In this document: one piece after another, positions 9,849 to 19,752 of the stretch
How the letters are laid out: every line of letters starts with the position of its first letter
Numbering within the stretch: position 1 is the first letter of the stretch
Origin: an uncultured Chthonomonadaceae bacterium
GTDB lineage: Bacteria > Armatimonadota > Chthonomonadetes > Chthonomonadales > Chthonomonadaceae
Reading direction: 5' to 3'
Length of the DNA stretch: 64,000 nt
Assembly: GCA_963817895.1 (NCBI GenBank)
Contig: CAWFQB010000002.1
Span: 192,001-256,000, forward strand
The notes under the pieces: model-generated
What the model was told of the DNA's origin: nothing
Seen by the model: only the letters and a program-made list of their open reading frames with translations
The model's database searches: none
Translations under genes and position numbers: made by a program

Positions 9849-10763
9849 CTACGCGGTTCTGGAAATTGCGTTGTTGCCCACGGCTATGAAATCCCATAGG
9901 GCCGACGCAACTCCGATGAGAGGGCGATCACGCCGCCGTGCCAGGTAGAAGTTTCGCGTTTGCCGCAGTCGCTCATCTGGTATAGGGCATAGTAACCCTG
10001 CTTCTTCTTCTAATCTCGTTGCCCAAGAGGACAGAACTGCCAGCCCTAACCCTGCGGCAACCGATCCCTTGATAGCCTCTGTGCTTGGCATTGCAACCAC
10101 ACGCCGAAACGCTGCCAGGAGCGGCCCCAACAATCCCTCTGCGCCTGCGCGGGTGCTTGCTCCCGGTTCGCGTAGAAAAAGCGTTCGTGTCCGCAAATCG
10201 TGTTCCTGAACAAAAGTTTGTTCCAATAGCGAGTTACCCCTAGTCACCACGAGGCGCAATTCATCCGAAGCCACGGGAACACGCAAGATGTCGGCATCCT
10301 CTTGCGCCTCGCCAACGACGGCAAGCGAGATGCGGTAGTCATGCAGCCAAGTGAGAACCTGCGCGCTATCAGCAATCATTATGTCCGGCTCTACGTTCGG
10401 GTAACGGTCACAAAAGCGGCGCAGCACACCGGGAAGCCAATAGACGCCCGGCGTACTGGACGCGGCAATCTTCACCTTACCTTCAATCTTGTCCTGAACA
10501 GAGACAACGGCGACGCGAGCATCTTCCAGCAGGCCAAAGACACGGTTCGCGTACTCGCTCAACATCTGTCCCGCAGGCGTCAGGCGCATTCCGCGGGGAG
10601 TACGCTCAAACAGCATCACCTGGTATCCGGCTTCCAGCGCACGCAACTGTGATGAAACCGCAGGCTGGCTCACGCACAACATTTTTGCGGCCTTCGTAAT
10701 ACTGCCCCACAAAACGATCTGACGAAAGACATGGAGTGGATAGAGATTGAAGGCGTTATCCAT
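9849..10763 (-). CDS. LysR family regulator (CysL-like)
   Basis: SITKAAKMLCVSQPAVSSQLRALE HTH; REPGASTR; STEAIK.SV.AGLG. Confidence 0.92.
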   Translation of the reverse strand: MDNAFNLYPLHVFRQIVLWGSITKAAKMLCVSQPAVSSQLRALEAGYQVMLFERTPRGMRLTPAGQMLSEYANRVFGLLEDARVAVVSVQDKIEGKVKIAASSTPGVYWLPGVLRRFCDRYPNVEPDIMIADSAQVLTWLHDYRISLAVVGEAQEDADILRVPVASDELRLVVTRGNSLLEQTFVQEHDLRTRTLFLREPGASTRAGAEGLLGPLLAAFRRVVAMPSTEAIKGSVAAGLGLAVLSSWATRLEEEAGLLCPIPDERLRQTRNFYLARRRDRPLIGVASALWDFIAVGNNAISRTA

Positions 10764-10867
10764 AAGCGGAACCTTATGTCCCTCCTTACGCAATATGACG
10801 TTGACTTATTCCTCTTACCCCTGTATGCTTCCTCCTACAAGACCTAATCTGCTGAAAGGAAAGCAAC

Positions 10868-11602
10868 ATGGGAGAAGGAAGCGTATTGCGGGAGAGTGTG
10901 CGGATGGCGTATTCTGCCATTGCAGAACATCCTGAAGCGGCGACTCCGTTTCCAACCGGGCGGGAGTTGGCGTTGAACCTGGGGTATCCATCTGATCTCC
11001 TCAATACGCTTCCATCCGTTGCGGTGGATGCTTTCTGCGGGGTCTCCAATGTTCCGTTGTTCGCTGACATTCCTGTGCGTGCAACTGTCCTCGACCTGGG
11101 ATGTGGCGCGGGACTAGACACCCTAATTACTGGACGCCGGACAGGAAAAGGAGGTAAGGTAATTGGAATTGATTTCAGCGTGACCATGTTGGCGCGGGCA
11201 CGGCAAGCGACTGACGAAGCCGGAGCCGATAACGTGGGGTTGCTACTGTCGAGCGCGGAGAGCCTGCCGCTCGAAAGTGACAGCATAGATGTGGCGCTGG
11301 TCAACGGCATCTTCAACCTGAATCCGGCACGCGAACGCATCTTCGGCGAATTGGCGCGCGTTCTGCGAACAGGTGGAGCAGTATATGTTGCCGAACTGAT
11401 ACTGAACGAATCTGCGCCTGAAGCGCAAATGCTGGGCGCAACGGAGTGGTTCTCCTGAATTGCCGGTGCAAAGGAAAGCGGCGCTTTCCTCGACGAGTTT
11501 CAGACGGCAGGATTTCACGAGGTTGTTCTGCTGCGCGCCTTCCGCAACATCCGCGCTCGTAATCCCCATGTATTCGTAGCAGAAGTGATGGCCCGAAAGT
11601 AA
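10868..11602 (+). CDS. ArsM-like SAM-dependent methyltransferase, predicted selenoprotein (UGA at 11456-11458)
   Basis: FCGVSN, VLDLGCGAGLD, NGIFNL; WFS-UGA-IAGA matches the ArsM W..C(I/V)AGA motif; frame stays open for 47 more codons to TAA 11600-11602. Confidence 0.8.
11472..11490 (+). other. Bacterial SECIS-like hairpin
   Basis: AGGAAAGC-GGC-GCTTTCCT; loop begins with G, 21 nt after the UGA. Confidence 0.7.
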
Positions 11603-11631
11603 GAACGGGGACGGGTTAATCCCCGCAGGAG

Positions 11632-12639
11632 ATGATGATGAAGCATGATAACTTGTCTCGACGGCAACTGCTGTGCGCCGCTACGCTTGGAACAGCCAGC
11701 GTCGTTAGTCTTGGGGCTATCGAAATCGCAGAGGCCGCGCGTGTTGGGAAAACGCCACCCATGACGACCGAGGAAATGGCGGCAGTAGATGCGGCAATGG
11801 GAAAGAAGGGCAACTATGTCGAAGCGCAGGCGACTTACACAACACCGCTTCCCCGCAACGACTTGAAAATGACCGTCAAGGGCGAGAGCGTTCCCATCCC
11901 GCTCGGCTTCGGCGGGTGGGTGTCGGTGAAGAAGACACTGGATGGCAAATCCAGTGTCCTGATGAGCGACACCGTTCTGCTGCAAGAGGAAGTTAATCCG
12001 CTCATGTCCGCTGCCCATGAGAACGGTCTGGAAGTGAGCGCAGTTCACAACCACTTTTTCTATGAGGAGCCGCGCATCTTCTATATGCACGTTCACGGCA
12101 TGGGGAATGCGGCAGACCTCATCAGCAGGTATGCTGCCGCCATTAAGACCACCAAACTGTTCCCCGGCAATCAGCCTCCTGCCGGATCGCCGCCCGCGCG
12201 CATGGGCAGCGAACGATTTGACGTTCCGGCTATGGATGAGATCGTGAAGTATAAAGCCGCTGTCAATGGCCCTACCATCAAGTACACGGTAGGACGCGCT
12301 GACCTGAACGTGATCGCTATGGGCGCGGACATTACCGCCGCCATCGGTCTGAACTCTTGGGCTGCCTTTGCCGGAGACAAAGACAACGCGCATGTGGCGG
12401 GTGACATTGCCATGCTCGAACCCGAAGTCAACCCCGTTATCATGGCGCTCCACAAACATAACTTGGATGTGGTTGCCGTACATAACCACATGATCGGCGA
12501 GCAGCCGCGCATGATGTTCCTCCACTACTATGGCAGCGGCCCGGCAATGACGCTGGCGCAGGGCTTTCGGGCGGCACTAGACGAACTCGGCAAGCACGGC
12601 AAAACCCTAAACATGAAGCCAATGAAGATGGAGCGGTAG
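11632..12639 (+). CDS. DUF1259 (LppY/LpqO-like) protein with Tat signal
   Basis: SRRQLL twin-arginine motif; two repeats with AVHNH...P...(Y/F)(M/L)H. Confidence 0.85.
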   Translation: MMMKHDNLSRRQLLCAATLGTASVVSLGAIEIAEAARVGKTPPMTTEEMAAVDAAMGKKGNYVEAQATYTTPLPRNDLKMTVKGESVPIPLGFGGWVSVKKTLDGKSSVLMSDTVLLQEEVNPLMSAAHENGLEVSAVHNHFFYEEPRIFYMHVHGMGNAADLISRYAAAIKTTKLFPGNQPPAGSPPARMGSERFDVPAMDEIVKYKAAVNGPTIKYTVGRADLNVIAMGADITAAIGLNSWAAFAGDKDNAHVAGDIAMLEPEVNPVIMALHKHNLDVVAVHNHMIGEQPRMMFLHYYGSGPAMTLAQGFRAALDELGKHGKTLNMKPMKMER

Positions 12640-12654
12640 CCCTTTTGAATTTTC

Positions 12655-12695
12655 GTGCCATCGAAGGCGAAATTATATTTCGCCTTCGATGGCAC
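12655..12695. terminator. 19-bp perfect inverted repeat
   Basis: GTGCCATCGAAGGCGAAAT-tat-ATTTCGCCTTCGATGGCAC just after the stop at 12639. Confidence 0.7.
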
Positions 12696-12770
12696 AACTT
12701 ACTCGTAATTTGATACACCTACTTGCGTGGAGCGGAAATTTCTGCTCGACGCATTATTTTTGTACACCCC

Positions 12771-12802
12771 TTGACTCTGGAACCAATTCCATAGTTTATA
12801 CT
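12771..12802 (+). promoter_or_regulatory. MerR-family (ZntR-type) promoter/operator
   Basis: TTGACT-20 bp-TATACT containing the dyad ACTCTGGAA-ccaa-TTCCATAGT. Confidence 0.85.
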
Positions 12803-12808
12803 AACGCC

Positions 12809-13252
12809 ATGAAACACGCACATACGAAACAAACCACCTTGCGCTCCGGGGAACTGGCACGAGTGGCAGGCGTCAGCACCGACACACTGCGCCATTACGA
12901 GCGCAAAGGATTGCTCGCTCCGGCACGAGCCGCTAATGGTTACCGTGAACACCCTCAAGCAGCACTGGATCGCGTTCTGCTGATACGTCGGGCGCTCGCT
13001 GTTGGCTTTGGATTAGATGACTTGGCGCGTATACTCCAAACACGCGATCAGGGCGGTATGCCATGCCGCGAGGTGAGGACACTTGCCGTTACAAAACTGG
13101 ATGCAGTGGAAGCGCAAATCATAGAGTTGATCCGGCTGCGTGACGATCTGCGAGAGATGGTACACGACTGGGATGTAAAATTGGCAGAAACGCCCGTAGG
13201 AGAACGCGCGCGCCTACTGGAAACGCTGGTTTCCCAAAATTGGACGACATAG
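12809..13252 (+). CDS. MerR family heavy-metal regulator
   Basis: SGELARVAGVSTDTLRHYERKGLL..R.ANGYR. Confidence 0.9.
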   Translation: MKHAHTKQTTLRSGELARVAGVSTDTLRHYERKGLLAPARAANGYREHPQAALDRVLLIRRALAVGFGLDDLARILQTRDQGGMPCREVRTLAVTKLDAVEAQIIELIRLRDDLREMVHDWDVKLAETPVGERARLLETLVSQNWTT

Positions 13253-13267
13253 AAAGGGAAGGGGAAA

Positions 13268-13990
13268 ATGAAGAAATCGGTTAAGGACAACGCTTTACGG
13301 ATTCTAACTGTGCTGCTGGTCAGTTCGTCTGGTGGAGTATGCGCCCAAGCCGCCTCTGGAATGGATACGGGCCACATGGAGCGAATGCGCCATGAGAAAA
13401 GCCACGACATGGATACAATTCATCAGATGTTCAACTACACCGCCAAGATCAAAAGAACTGTGAAGAAAACACCAACTGGCATGGAAACCGCCACAGAGTC
13501 CAATAATCCAAAGGTAGCGGCGATGATTCAGGAACACGTTCTGGCGATGCGGACGCGCATGAAGAATCACCAGCCGATCCGCGCCTGGGACGAATTGTTC
13601 GCCACACTTTTCAAGAACGCCGACAAGGTGAAGTTCGAGATCATCAAAACACAGAAGGGAGTCAGGATTGCCGAAACGTCGGATGATCCTTATACAGTGA
13701 AGATTATCCGTGCCCACGCCCATGCGGTTTCCGACTTCATCAAAGAGGGCATGACGGGAATGGCGAAAGCGCATCCGGCTCCGGCGAAAGTGGAAGCGAC
13801 GGCAAAGGTCGTGCCCGCCGCATTCCTCGGCAAAGGGGATGGCGTCACCACTTGCCCAGTGACAGGGGAACCGGTGGACAGGAATATCAAGGCTGAGATC
13901 AACGGGCGAACTGTCTATTTCTGCTGCGCCAGTTGCAAAGGTATTGTACAAAATAAGCCGACGCAGTACCTCAAGCCGAAGTCGCCATGA
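13268..13990 (+). CDS. Secreted His/Met-rich protein with C-terminal YHS/TRASH domain
   Basis: Signal peptide; CPVTGEPV...GRTVYFCCASC. Confidence 0.75.
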   Translation: MKKSVKDNALRILTVLLVSSSGGVCAQAASGMDTGHMERMRHEKSHDMDTIHQMFNYTAKIKRTVKKTPTGMETATESNNPKVAAMIQEHVLAMRTRMKNHQPIRAWDELFATLFKNADKVKFEIIKTQKGVRIAETSDDPYTVKIIRAHAHAVSDFIKEGMTGMAKAHPAPAKVEATAKVVPAAFLGKGDGVTTCPVTGEPVDRNIKAEINGRTVYFCCASCKGIVQNKPTQYLKPKSP

Positions 13991-14029
13991 AACTTATATT
14001 TGCGTGACGTACTCATTGCCGCATATAAA

Positions 14030-14704
14030 TTAACCTGTGTCTGTTGTTCCAGGTTGCGAACAGCACTTGTTGCAGCACTCCCCGGAGATGGCTTCCTTTC
14101 CTTCCTTGATAAGGAACGGAATGAGGACAAGCGCCGCTACAAAGTTGAGCCACCACCATCCGAATAACCGGGTTGCTGCCAATCCCCCCATGAGAACGAG
14201 GGATAGATACCCGCAGGTAATCGCCTCCATAGCATCTGCGCGAAGCGCACGGGAATTCAAGCGCGCCGCAACCTTCAACTTGAATCCCGCCAGTATGGGC
14301 ATTCCAATCTTTGCGACCAGACCGATCAAGATACCCCAGGCGCTTTCGTGGGTATCGGTCACCCGATGCGCGAAGAACAGGCCGTAGGCGGAATTCAGAA
14401 CGACGTAGGCGGCGAGTATATAGAGCGTATAGCCGACCATCCGAGATGCTCGCCGCTCAACCGCCTCCACAGTCGCTTCATTCGCACGTCCTGATGCCTC
14501 AATTTGCAACCGCCAGAGCAGCACGCCCGCGCTGAACAACTCCACCACACTATCAATACCGAAGGCTTCAAGCAGCAGGCTATGGGAGGCGTGACCCAGC
14601 CACAGCGAGGCTGCGCCTTCAATGGTCATCCAAACGAGTGTAAGGTAGGTAAGTGCCAGGGCCAGCCTCACATCCGCGGCGCGGTTGTTAGCAGGGTTGT
14701 TCAT
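14030..14704 (-). CDS. Cation-efflux (CDF-like) membrane protein, TM part only
   Basis: AFGIDSVVE, ALRADAME..C motifs; six TM segments; C-terminal CC..CC. Confidence 0.8.
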   Translation of the reverse strand: MNNPANNRAADVRLALALTYLTLVWMTIEGAASLWLGHASHSLLLEAFGIDSVVELFSAGVLLWRLQIEASGRANEATVEAVERRASRMVGYTLYILAAYVVLNSAYGLFFAHRVTDTHESAWGILIGLVAKIGMPILAGFKLKVAARLNSRALRADAMEAITCGYLSLVLMGGLAATRLFGWWWLNFVAALVLIPFLIKEGKEAISGECCNKCCSQPGTTDTG

Positions 14705-14811
14705 ACTCTATCCTTCCTTCCATTTGCCAATCAGTTCCTTCGCAAGACCTAATTCCTCTTTAGAGGCTAAGGTGAGGGTACTGCGCTTGATACGTGTCGT
14801 CGGCTGTCGGG

Positions 14812-15750
14812 TTAAAGGAAAACTATCGTCGGCAATGCGCCATGCTCCTCCTGCTGATGTTTTTCCTCCGCCTGAAATGGTTCCGTGTGCAGGGTTATGA
14901 CGCTGTTAGGCAGAGCCTCGCGCACTCGCTGCTCTAACTGCTCGGTCAGTTCGTGGGCCTGCAACAGCGTGAGGTTGTCATCCATTAGGACATGGGCATC
15001 CACATGACGCACCGAACCTGCCTTGCGCGTCCGTAATTTGTGATAAGCCAGCACGTTTGTGTCGGCATCGAACACCTGCCGTATCGTTTCTATTTCCTTT
15101 TGCGGTAACTGCCTGTCAACAAGTGTACCGAACGCCTCACGCGCCACTTCCCATGCACCGTGGACAATCACGAGCGCCACCACCAACGCCAGCACGGAAT
15201 CGAAGAAGGCCAACCCCGTCACCCTCACCAGCACAAGGCCGATGAGAACGCCAATAGCGGTGTAGATGTCATTGCGGTGATCTTGGGCATCGGCGCGCAA
15301 TGCCTGTGAGTTTGTTTGCTCGGCGACCCGTTTGACATAGCGCGCGATGAAGATATTGACGATGGCGGATACGACCATGATGCCTATACCCCAATCCACA
15401 CGCGCAGGCGCGGCATGATGGACGAGGTGCTGAACAGCCTCATAGATGATGTAGGCGGCAACCCCGAACAGCAGGAGGGCCTGCACAAACGCGGACATGC
15501 TCTCCATTTTGCCATGTCCATACGGATGTGTTTCATCAGGAGGACGATCTGCAACGCGCACAGCGACCAGAGCAAGGCTGGATGCCATCAGGTCACTGGC
15601 GGAATGTGCGCCTTCGGAAATCACGCTCACGCTGCCGGAAAGCAGGCCGATTGCCAACTTGATAACCGTCAGTGCCAGGTTTGAGACTAGGGACACGCGG
15701 GCGGCGGCAAGTTTCTCCTGCTGCGCTTGCGAAACAGGATTGGTCTGCAT
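14812..15750 (-). CDS. CDF transporter, FieF/YiiP-like
   Basis: HSASD, PPDETHPYGHGKME, ADAQDHRND; C-terminal dimerisation domain; start overlaps the upstream TGA. Confidence 0.9.
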   Translation of the reverse strand: MQTNPVSQAQQEKLAAARVSLVSNLALTVIKLAIGLLSGSVSVISEGAHSASDLMASSLALVAVRVADRPPDETHPYGHGKMESMSAFVQALLLFGVAAYIIYEAVQHLVHHAAPARVDWGIGIMVVSAIVNIFIARYVKRVAEQTNSQALRADAQDHRNDIYTAIGVLIGLVLVRVTGLAFFDSVLALVVALVIVHGAWEVAREAFGTLVDRQLPQKEIETIRQVFDADTNVLAYHKLRTRKAGSVRHVDAHVLMDDNLTLLQAHELTEQLEQRVREALPNSVITLHTEPFQAEEKHQQEEHGALPTIVFL

Positions 15751-16785
15751 CAAGGTTTTTCTCCCACGGGTGCGGCTTCGCCGCAAAACAATGGGTTCTT
15801 CTCGTGAGCCACGCATTCGCCCTGTAACTCCGGCTGAATTGTCGCGTGTGCGATACCGAAGTCATGGGCCAGGAGTTCACAAAGATCGTGAACAATTTTA
15901 CCGCAATCCGTCATTTTGCAGAGGTCAGGGACAACCACATGGCATGAGAGATAGTTCATGCCGTCCGTTACTGTCCAGGTGTGCAGGTCGTGTACCGCCA
16001 GAACATTGGGAACGCTCCGCATGGCCTCGACCATTTTGTTTGTGTCCAGGTTCCTGGGTGTGCCTTCCAGCAGAACGTCCGTTGCGTCCCGCACAATCCC
16101 CCACGACGAATACAGAATAAACAGCGCGATCAGCACCGAAACGGTGGGGTCGGCATAGAGCCATCCCGTCTTTTTAACCACAAACCCGGCGATGAGAACT
16201 GCTAGGGAGGAGAGCGCATCCCCCGCCATGTGAATAAACGCCGCGCGCATGTTCATGCTTTCCTTCGCGCCGCCTTGCAGCAGATAGGCAATGACTGTAT
16301 TCATCACGAGCGCGATTGCGGCGACCCACAGCATCAATGTGCCATTGACCTTTTCCGGTGTGCGGAACAGTTGATAGGCTTCCACGAGGATGAAGACGGC
16401 GATCAGAATGAGCGTCACCGCATTGAACAGCGCCGTGAGGATACCAACCCGGTGATAGCCATACGTCTTTTTGGCGTTGGCAGGCTTCTTGGCAATCCAG
16501 ACGGCGTAGGCTGCCAATCCCAGAGCCAGGGCGTCGCTCAGGTTGTGGCCTGCATCCGAAATGAGAGCCAGCGAGTTAGCAACGCGCCCAGCGATGAACT
16601 CTCCGATGACGAAGACAACTGTTATCCCCATTGAAATCCAGAGCATGGGGCCATGCGTCGCGCCATGTACATGGCCCGTACCGCCATGATCGTGTTCATG
16701 GCCTGCATGGTTGTAATCATCCCCCTGACTATTAGGCTCCTCATGGCCTGAGTGTTCATCGTGCGAAAGTGACGATTTCGGACAT
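15750..16785 (-). CDS. czcD: CDF transporter, CzcD/ZitB-like, with His-rich N-terminus; one frameshift near 16767
   Basis: SDAGHNLSD, AFIHMAGDAL, HDLHTW; ATG 16785 with AGGAG RBS is one base out of frame with HDEHSGH...HEHDHGG. Confidence 0.8.
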
Positions 16786-16805
16786 TCTGCTTTCTCCTGT
16801 AATAG

Positions 16806-18074
16806 TTAAAGTTGTTCATCCTGCTCGCCCTGTGCGCTCTGAGGCTGGAATGTTGCCTTTTCCATTGTTCCTATTACATTCCGAGCAGCAACAACGGCAA
16901 CGCCGACAGACACGATGCCCGCCAGTAGGTAGGGCACTTCGGGCCTCCAATCGAACAGCACACCGCCCAGCAGAGGACCGACGAGGAAACCGAGCGAGCG
17001 CGTGGATTGCAGCAGGCCGAACATCTCGCCCTGACGCGGTTGGGGCGTGGCCTCGCTGCATAAGGTGTTGAGCGTTGGGTTAGCGCAGGCTGTGCCAATG
17101 GCAAACAGGGTACTGGCTCCAAAAAGCGCGAACAGGTTGGGCATGAACGGCATGAGGGCCAACCCGACGCCTTGCAGCAGATAGGAAAGGCGCAACAGCA
17201 GGGATGGCGCGATACGATGCGAAATCTTGTCCAGTAATACGCCCTGAACAACAACGTTCAGAAGCGCCTCATACCCGAAGATCAAGCCAAACTCTTTCGG
17301 GCCATATCCCAACTTGTGCCGGATCAGGCGTCCGAACGTTCCTTCCAGACAGGCCAGCACAAAGAACGCAAGCGCCGCCACGACAAATAAAGGCCGGAGG
17401 GAAGGCGTGTCGCGCAGCAGGGATAGGTCGAAGAACTTCTGGCGCGGCTTCACTTTGCTCTCTGAGCGCGCGTCACGCGGAACACTCAACCAAATCCACA
17501 AGGCTCCAAGCGCCGACGCGCTTGCCGCCACTCCGCCCACCAGAACATTACTCCCCTGCGCCGCCAGCCATCCGCCAAGCGCGGGGCCGAGGATCAGACC
17601 CCCTGTCGTCGCCGCTCCCATGCGCCCCATTGCCGCCGCACGGTTCGGTTCGTCCGTCGCGTCGGCAAGGTACGCCTGCGCCACCACGACGTTCGCGCCG
17701 CCAAACCCTGCCAGAATACGGCTCGCCAGCACCCACCCGATGCCGTGTGCGAGCGCGTAAACCAGCATGGAACCAGCCGACAACACACCACACACGATAA
17801 GAATGGGCTTGCGGCCTATGCGGTCGCTCAACTGTCCCCACGCAGGCGAACAGAGCATCTGAACCAGAAAGTAGGCCGTAAATACGCCGCCAATCTGCCA
17901 GCCCCGCGCCCCGAACGCTTCCAGCCGCGTCTGCACATCCGGCAGCAGCATCCCGAAGCCCGCGAGATCGAGGAAGATGGCAAATAGGAGAGGCCACTCA
18001 TGGCGAGGAACCCATCCTGATGACATAAGCGGGTGCGCTTGGGGTTGAGCATTGACGTGTACAACGTGCTTCAT
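16806..18074 (-). CDS. MFS transporter (TetA/DHA1-like)
   Basis: WGQLSDRIGRKP motif A, AYLADAT, GPALGG; about 12 TM segments. Confidence 0.9.
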   Translation of the reverse strand: MKHVVHVNAQPQAHPLMSSGWVPRHEWPLLFAIFLDLAGFGMLLPDVQTRLEAFGARGWQIGGVFTAYFLVQMLCSPAWGQLSDRIGRKPILIVCGVLSAGSMLVYALAHGIGWVLASRILAGFGGANVVVAQAYLADATDEPNRAAAMGRMGAATTGGLILGPALGGWLAAQGSNVLVGGVAASASALGALWIWLSVPRDARSESKVKPRQKFFDLSLLRDTPSLRPLFVVAALAFFVLACLEGTFGRLIRHKLGYGPKEFGLIFGYEALLNVVVQGVLLDKISHRIAPSLLLRLSYLLQGVGLALMPFMPNLFALFGASTLFAIGTACANPTLNTLCSEATPQPRQGEMFGLLQSTRSLGFLVGPLLGGVLFDWRPEVPYLLAGIVSVGVAVVAARNVIGTMEKATFQPQSAQGEQDEQL

Positions 18075-18238
18075 ACTTCTATTTGCCCGCTTCGACAGTA
18101 ACAGTAGACAAACTGTTGTGTGACTCCGAATGGTGTATGGTGTACCTCATGGGTATGCTCGACCAGTTGAAAGGACGCGCTGACTTCACTCGGAGGCTTT
18201 GTCGCGTAAACATTTTCCCAATGGGTTTTTGTGTGCAT
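18071..18238 (-). pseudogene. Internally deleted remnant of a class I SAM methyltransferase (55 aa)
   Basis: MHTKTHWENVYATKPPSEVS joined in frame to FQLVEHTHEVHHTPFGVTQQFVYCYCR; RBS present; stop overlaps the MFS ATG. Confidence 0.65.
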
Positions 18239-18344
18239 TGTTCTGTTATCCTCTCAAAATGCCCGAAAGTCGTATGAGAACAGAAACCTTCCTAGCATAA
18301 GTAGTCACACCGTCAATACCTAATCAGATAGTTTCGTCGTCATC

Positions 18345-18378
18345 GCTTGTCACTTCATTGCTTGTCACTTCATTGCTT
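18345..18378. repeat. Tandem duplication of a 15-mer
   Basis: GCTTGTCACTTCATT twice plus GCTT. Confidence 0.8.
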
Positions 18379-18413
18379 AAAGGTCTGGCCCCTTATTCTC
18401 ATTCTTCAAGACG

Positions 18414-19752
18414 TTATGCTGCCGGGCAGAGTTGGACGACCACACCGCCAAACGAGCGCACATGATTACGCAGCACCGTTTCCACGTCCTGCGTAATCAT
18501 GTGCGCTTCCTGCATGGAGAGACCCGGATCAACATCAATATGCAGATCAGCGAAAACCTTATGCCCCACCCACCGCGGCGCGAGCCTGATGGACGCCCCG
18601 CACACCGGCAACATACAAGGGGGTGCGTTCAATGTTGCTGAGGATTTCCGGCTCTATCCCATCCACCATGCGGTTGAAAACGGCTAACGTCGCGTCTTTG
18701 ACGATAAAGAGAATGGCAATCGTGATGAGAATGCCGATGAGTGGATCAATGATGGGATACCCGGCCCAAACGCCAACCACGCCCAACAGCACGGCGAGGC
18801 TTGTAAAGCCATCCACGCGCGCATGTTGACCGTCAGCAATCAGCGCCGCCGATTCGATTTCCCGGCCCACCTTGAGCCGAAGTACGGCAACGGCTTCGTT
18901 GCCGATGAAGCCCACGAGCGCCGCGACCGCGACCCAACCGAGGTGCGTAATTGGCTGGGGGTGAATAATCTTCATCACCAATTCATAGGCGGCGATGCAG
19001 GCCGAAAAGAAGATGACGCCGACAATCGCTACGCCCGCCACGTCTTCGGTTTTGCCATACCCATAGGTAAAGTGACGAGAGACGCCGCGCCGTGTGAGCG
19101 CAAACGCGATCCAGAGCGGAATACTGGTAGTCGCGTCCCCGAAGTTATGAATGGTATCCGCCAGGAGCGCGACCGACCCGGAGAGAAACACTATCGCCAC
19201 TTGAATGAGCGAAGTCACGAGCAGGATCACGAGCGTAATTTTAAGCGCCCAAATACCCCGCGCATTGCTTTCCATCGTCTCATCTATCTTATCCTCAATG
19301 CTGTGGGAGTGACCGAACGTGCCGCGCAGCCAGCCAAGAATTCCCCTGCCGTGTTCATGCCCTCCGGGGCCGTGCGCGTGACCGTGGCCTTCCTCAGTGA
19401 ACTCTGTTTCATAGGTGCGCGGAATGCCCGCTTGCGGAAGCGTGAGGCTTACGCGGAACTCATGCGGCTCCGGTATGTCCGAGGTAGAGCGTAGATAACC
19501 CGGTTCCGGGATGAACTCGAAGACCTGCTTTGCCCCGTCAGGCCGAACGGTTTCAATGGTGACAGCCGAACTTGTGACCGGAGGACAAGGCAGTTTTTCC
19601 GAGTTGAAGAAGTACAGTCGGAAATGCGGCGGAACTCCTGTTTCAAAGACGCTGATTTCCACAAAGCCGTTTTCGGTTTGTATCCGTGTCCCGCCATGCG
19701 GGGCGGCCTCGTTTTTGCTTTCGTTCATATCGTGCCTAACTTTCCCGGTCAC
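18414..19752 (-). CDS. CDF transporter with extra soluble N-terminal domain and His-rich linker; frameshift near 18580
   Basis: LLADTIHNFGDA, ADGQHARVDG; the C-terminus RWVGHKVFADLHI...EAH continues in another frame. Confidence 0.8.

Noticed and set aside
11515..12525. 336-aa minus-strand ORF
   Set aside because: Antisense shadow of the DUF1259 gene
15750..18074. MFS-CDF fusion by readthrough, since both are in the same frame
   Set aside because: A separate RBS and ATG at 16785 plus a one-base slip explain the layout more simply
18345..18378. Direct repeat as CRISPR or iteron
   Set aside because: Only two adjacent 15-mers with no spacers; looks like slippage
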